Shown here: positions 60,901-64,000 of the stretch, piece by piece | How positions within the stretch are numbered: position 1 is the stretch's first letter | Layout: each line of letters starts with the position of its first letter | From: Camelus ferus | Lineage: Eukaryota | DNA length: 64,000 bases | Assembly: GCF_009834535.1 (NCBI RefSeq) | Contig: NC_045717.1 | Span: 23,126,001-23,190,000, forward strand | Direction: 5' to 3' | Program-made: the position numbers and the translations under genes | Notes under the pieces: generated by a model | What the model was told of the DNA's origin: nothing | The model's input: only the letters and a program-made list of their open reading frames with translations | Databases searched by the model: none

Positions 60901-61481
60901 ATCCATGGACCACTTGACATTCTCTGCAGAAGAGGAGTGTCTGGGCACGTTACCTAGGCCTCTGGATTGCATCATTCCAGGAGTAGAAGAAAGCGCGCCT
61001 GGCCTGCTGGAGAGATGGGGACATTGAAAGGGGAGGGGCCGCTTATATTTACATGCCCATGACAAGCATCACTGAACCGAATACCCCTCCCACACGCCCT
61101 CCAGATAGACGAGAATAGTCTCATTTTATACCTGTGGCTCAGAGAGCAAGCCACTTGCCGAAGACTACGCAGCCTGGACTTGAACCAGGTCTGCCCTTCC
61201 CCAGAGTTCCTTGCACCGCTAAGTCAGCAGAAAGACTGTGCTTGGATTTCAGATCCCCTGCTTCTGGGTCCTTCTGAATTTCTTGTTCTAGAAACCAGGT
61301 TGTTGTTTTTTTTCACATACAGCCCTAGGATGGATTATGTTGGGGGGCGGGGTGGAGGGGGTTCGAGTTTCTGCAAACTTGTGAATTGTCAGCGAAATGT
61401 TGTGTGTCTTGGTGTTTTTGGTGGGGAGAGGAGCTGTGCTCCCATGATACTCTCTGAAGGGCATTTGACACCCTAATAGTT

Positions 61482-61585
61482 TTAAAATTATTATTATTTT
61501 TAGTGGAGGTACAGGAAATTGAACCCAGGACCTCATGCATGCTAAGCACATGCTCTTCCATTGAGCTATACCCACCCCACCCCCA
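61482..61585 (-). mobile_element. tRNA-derived SINE
   Basis: A/B boxes and TSD CTAATAGTT. Confidence 0.85.
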
Positions 61586-62069
61586 ACACTAATAGTTAAG
61601 GACCTCAATTCAAAACCTTCTGGTGGGGGGCAGAGAGAAAATATCTGGCTTCTGCCCCCACGCCTCTATCCCAAAGCACATGGCCATGATTTGTTCCCAC
61701 ATCTGTCTCCTGGCCCCTGCTGATCCCTCCTCATGCCTCCTCTAGCGACATGTAGACAGTGGGTAGGTAGGAAGGACATCCAGGTACTCATGCAGTTTGT
61801 AATTCTAACTCACCATGTGACCTTGGTAAGTCCCAGTCTCCATCACAGAGGACTCTTGGTGACAAAGGACAAAATGTTCAGCTCTAGCTGGCTGAAATGA
61901 CAAAAGGATAATCAGCATATATACTTTTGAAGTTAAGGATCAGGCTGCAGATAAGGCTGGATCCAGGCTTCAAATGACGTCACCAGAGCTAGGCTCCCTC
62001 TATCCCTCTGGTCTACTTTCTGAGTGGGAGGTGGCTGCCAGTGGCACTAGGCTCATAGCCTTCCAAGCT

Positions 62070-62850
62070 GAAAAGTACACACTCCAGGAGGATGTGAAAT
62101 GGTGCTCAGCATCGTCAGTCATTAGGGAAACGCAAATCAGAACCATGGATACCATCTCACAGCCACTAAATTGGCCATATATATTTTTTAAAGGCAGAGT
62201 ACAATTGCTGATGAGAATGAAGAGAAATTGGAACCCTTGTGCGTCACTAGGAATATAAAATGGTGCGGCTGTGATGGAAAAGAGTTTGGCGGTTCCTTAA
62301 CAAGTTAAACATAGAGTCACCATGTGATCCCGCAATTCCACTTCCAGGCACATACCCCAAAGAATTGAAAACAGGTATTCAAGAAAATACTTGTACAGAA
62401 ATGTTCATTTGCAGCACTATTGATAAGAGCCAAAGGGTGGAGACAACCTAAATGTCCACCAATGGATAAACAAAATGTGGTCCAGCCATACGATGGAATA
62501 CTGTTCAGCCTTAAAGGGCAGTGAAGCACTGACACACACTGCAGCGTGGATAACCCTGNNNNNNNNNNNNNNNNNNNNNNNNNNNNNNNNNNNNNNNNNN
62601 NNNNNNNNNNNNNNNNNNNNNNNNNNNNNNNNNNNNNNNNNNNNNNNNNNNNNNNNNNNNNNNNNNNNNNNNNNNNNNNNNNNNNNNNNNNNNNNNNTGG
62701 GTATAGAATTTCCTTTGGGGGTGAAAAATGTGTCTTGGAAAACTGGATAGAAGTGCTGGCTGCACAACACTGGGAATGTTCTAGAAGCCTCTGAATTGTG
62801 CACTTTAATATGGTTAATGGTTAGTTTTATGTTATGTGAAATTTTTTTCA
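62070..62850 (+). mobile_element. L1MB-like 3' end (contains an N gap)
   Basis: GAGAAATTGGAACCCTTGTGC...TAAACATAGAGTCACCATGTGATCCCGCAATTCCACTTC...GTGCACTTTAATATGGTTAA. Confidence 0.88.
62559..62697. other. Assembly gap (N run)
   Basis: Ns inside L1. Confidence 1.
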
Positions 62851-64000
62851 ATTAAAATCAAATAAAGCTCCCAGAGTCATTCTTGGCTGGTGTTAGGTCA
62901 TGACCCCTGCCCCCTGCTACCTCAGGTGACCAATACCAGTAACCAGAGGGATGCAACCCTTTGATTGGCCAGATGTGGGCATGCGCTTCCTCTGCAGAGG
63001 GAAGGGAGCCTCGCTTTGACTACAGGTCTGATTCGGGGAGAAGAGGGAGTGAGTGGGGGCTTCTTAAGCCTTGTGCCATGTCTTGAGTTGGCATTCTCTC
63101 AGAAGGGCTGCCATTTTAAAATTCACACAGAGGTGACTTACAGGCTCATATTGGCCCTGGGAAGGCAGGGAGGTGGGAAGCCCTCAGATCAGGGACTGTT
63201 GTCAGAAAAAAAAAGGGGGGAGGAAAGATGCTAGGAGGGGGAACATTGTAAATGTCCGGTGCACTGCCCTTTTCTGGGGAAATGCCTTGTTGCACAGATT
63301 TTGGGTCTGCTCCAAAACCATTCATGGTTCCCCATTGCCTATGGGATAAAGATTGAGTGTCTCAGTGTGCCAGTCGAGGTCAGCTCTGAGTTGAAGTTCA
63401 TCCGGGGTAGATCTTTGACACCCTACTGGGCTCTGTTTCAGCCTGGTCTTATTCAGTATTGCCATGAGTGGTTGTTTGGATGTTTGAGGCTGGCAGGAAA
63501 GTGGGAGGTACAGGGAACAGGATGGAGGCCAGAAAGAGGATTCCAAAAAAAATCCGGAAGGGCTGAACTGTCTACAAGGTGAAAGAGGAATAAATGCAGA
63601 GTCCTCCCTTTGGGTGCAAATAAACTGGACCACTAGAGGGCGATAGAGACCTAATGTAGCAGTTCAGTTACAGGCTGAAGCTAGACTCCTCAGGCCCAAG
63701 ATGCTGCTTTCTAGCTGCCGGACTTGTGTTTCAAGTTCATTGTTTGTAACATCAGGATAACATGTATCAATCATGCATTCTGCCCAATGATCAAATTACT
63801 ATTTGCTTTTTTGGGGGGTGGGGGTCAAGTTGTTTATTTGTCTTTTACATGAAAACAGAAAATTGGGCAGGGAAGGGGGGCAATAGATCTCCTCCCTTTA
63901 CTCGTATTGATGTGTTTAAACAAGAAACATTGTGTCACTTCAAGAAGTCATTTGTCACAGATCAAGAATAACCATAAGTTTAGATACAGTAACAACAGAA

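Overview
Mammalian genomic DNA, syntenic to the human 19p13.3 block. Order: adenylate-kinase-like gene (-, partial) <> GTF2F1 (+) > PSPN (+) >< ALKBH7 (-) < CLPP (-) <> ACER1 (+). The five named genes can be spliced by hand with GT-AG introns into intact ORFs (517, 153, 221, 272 and 264 aa). The host is probably a camelid. This is inferred from 14 copies of a short tRNA-derived SINE and artiodactyl-type L1 3' ends, with no Alu, BovB/Bov-tA, PRE1 or SINEC seen. The rest is L1, L2, MIR, MaLR/ERV LTR and hAT/Tigger remnants, microsatellites and six N gaps. The most interesting item is a little-characterised AK1/AK5-like paralogue head-to-head with GTF2F1. It has a predicted N-myristoylation/palmitoylation start (MGLCKSK), an intact P-loop, a remodelled NMP site and an RFX X-box in the shared promoter. 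Other notable items are an apparent precise intron loss in GTF2F1, a 32/38-bp phased CCAAT array upstream of ALKBH7, possible mirtron orthologues, and signs that ACER1 transcription starts far upstream near CLPP. Repeat family names and comparisons with human come from memory and need database confirmation.
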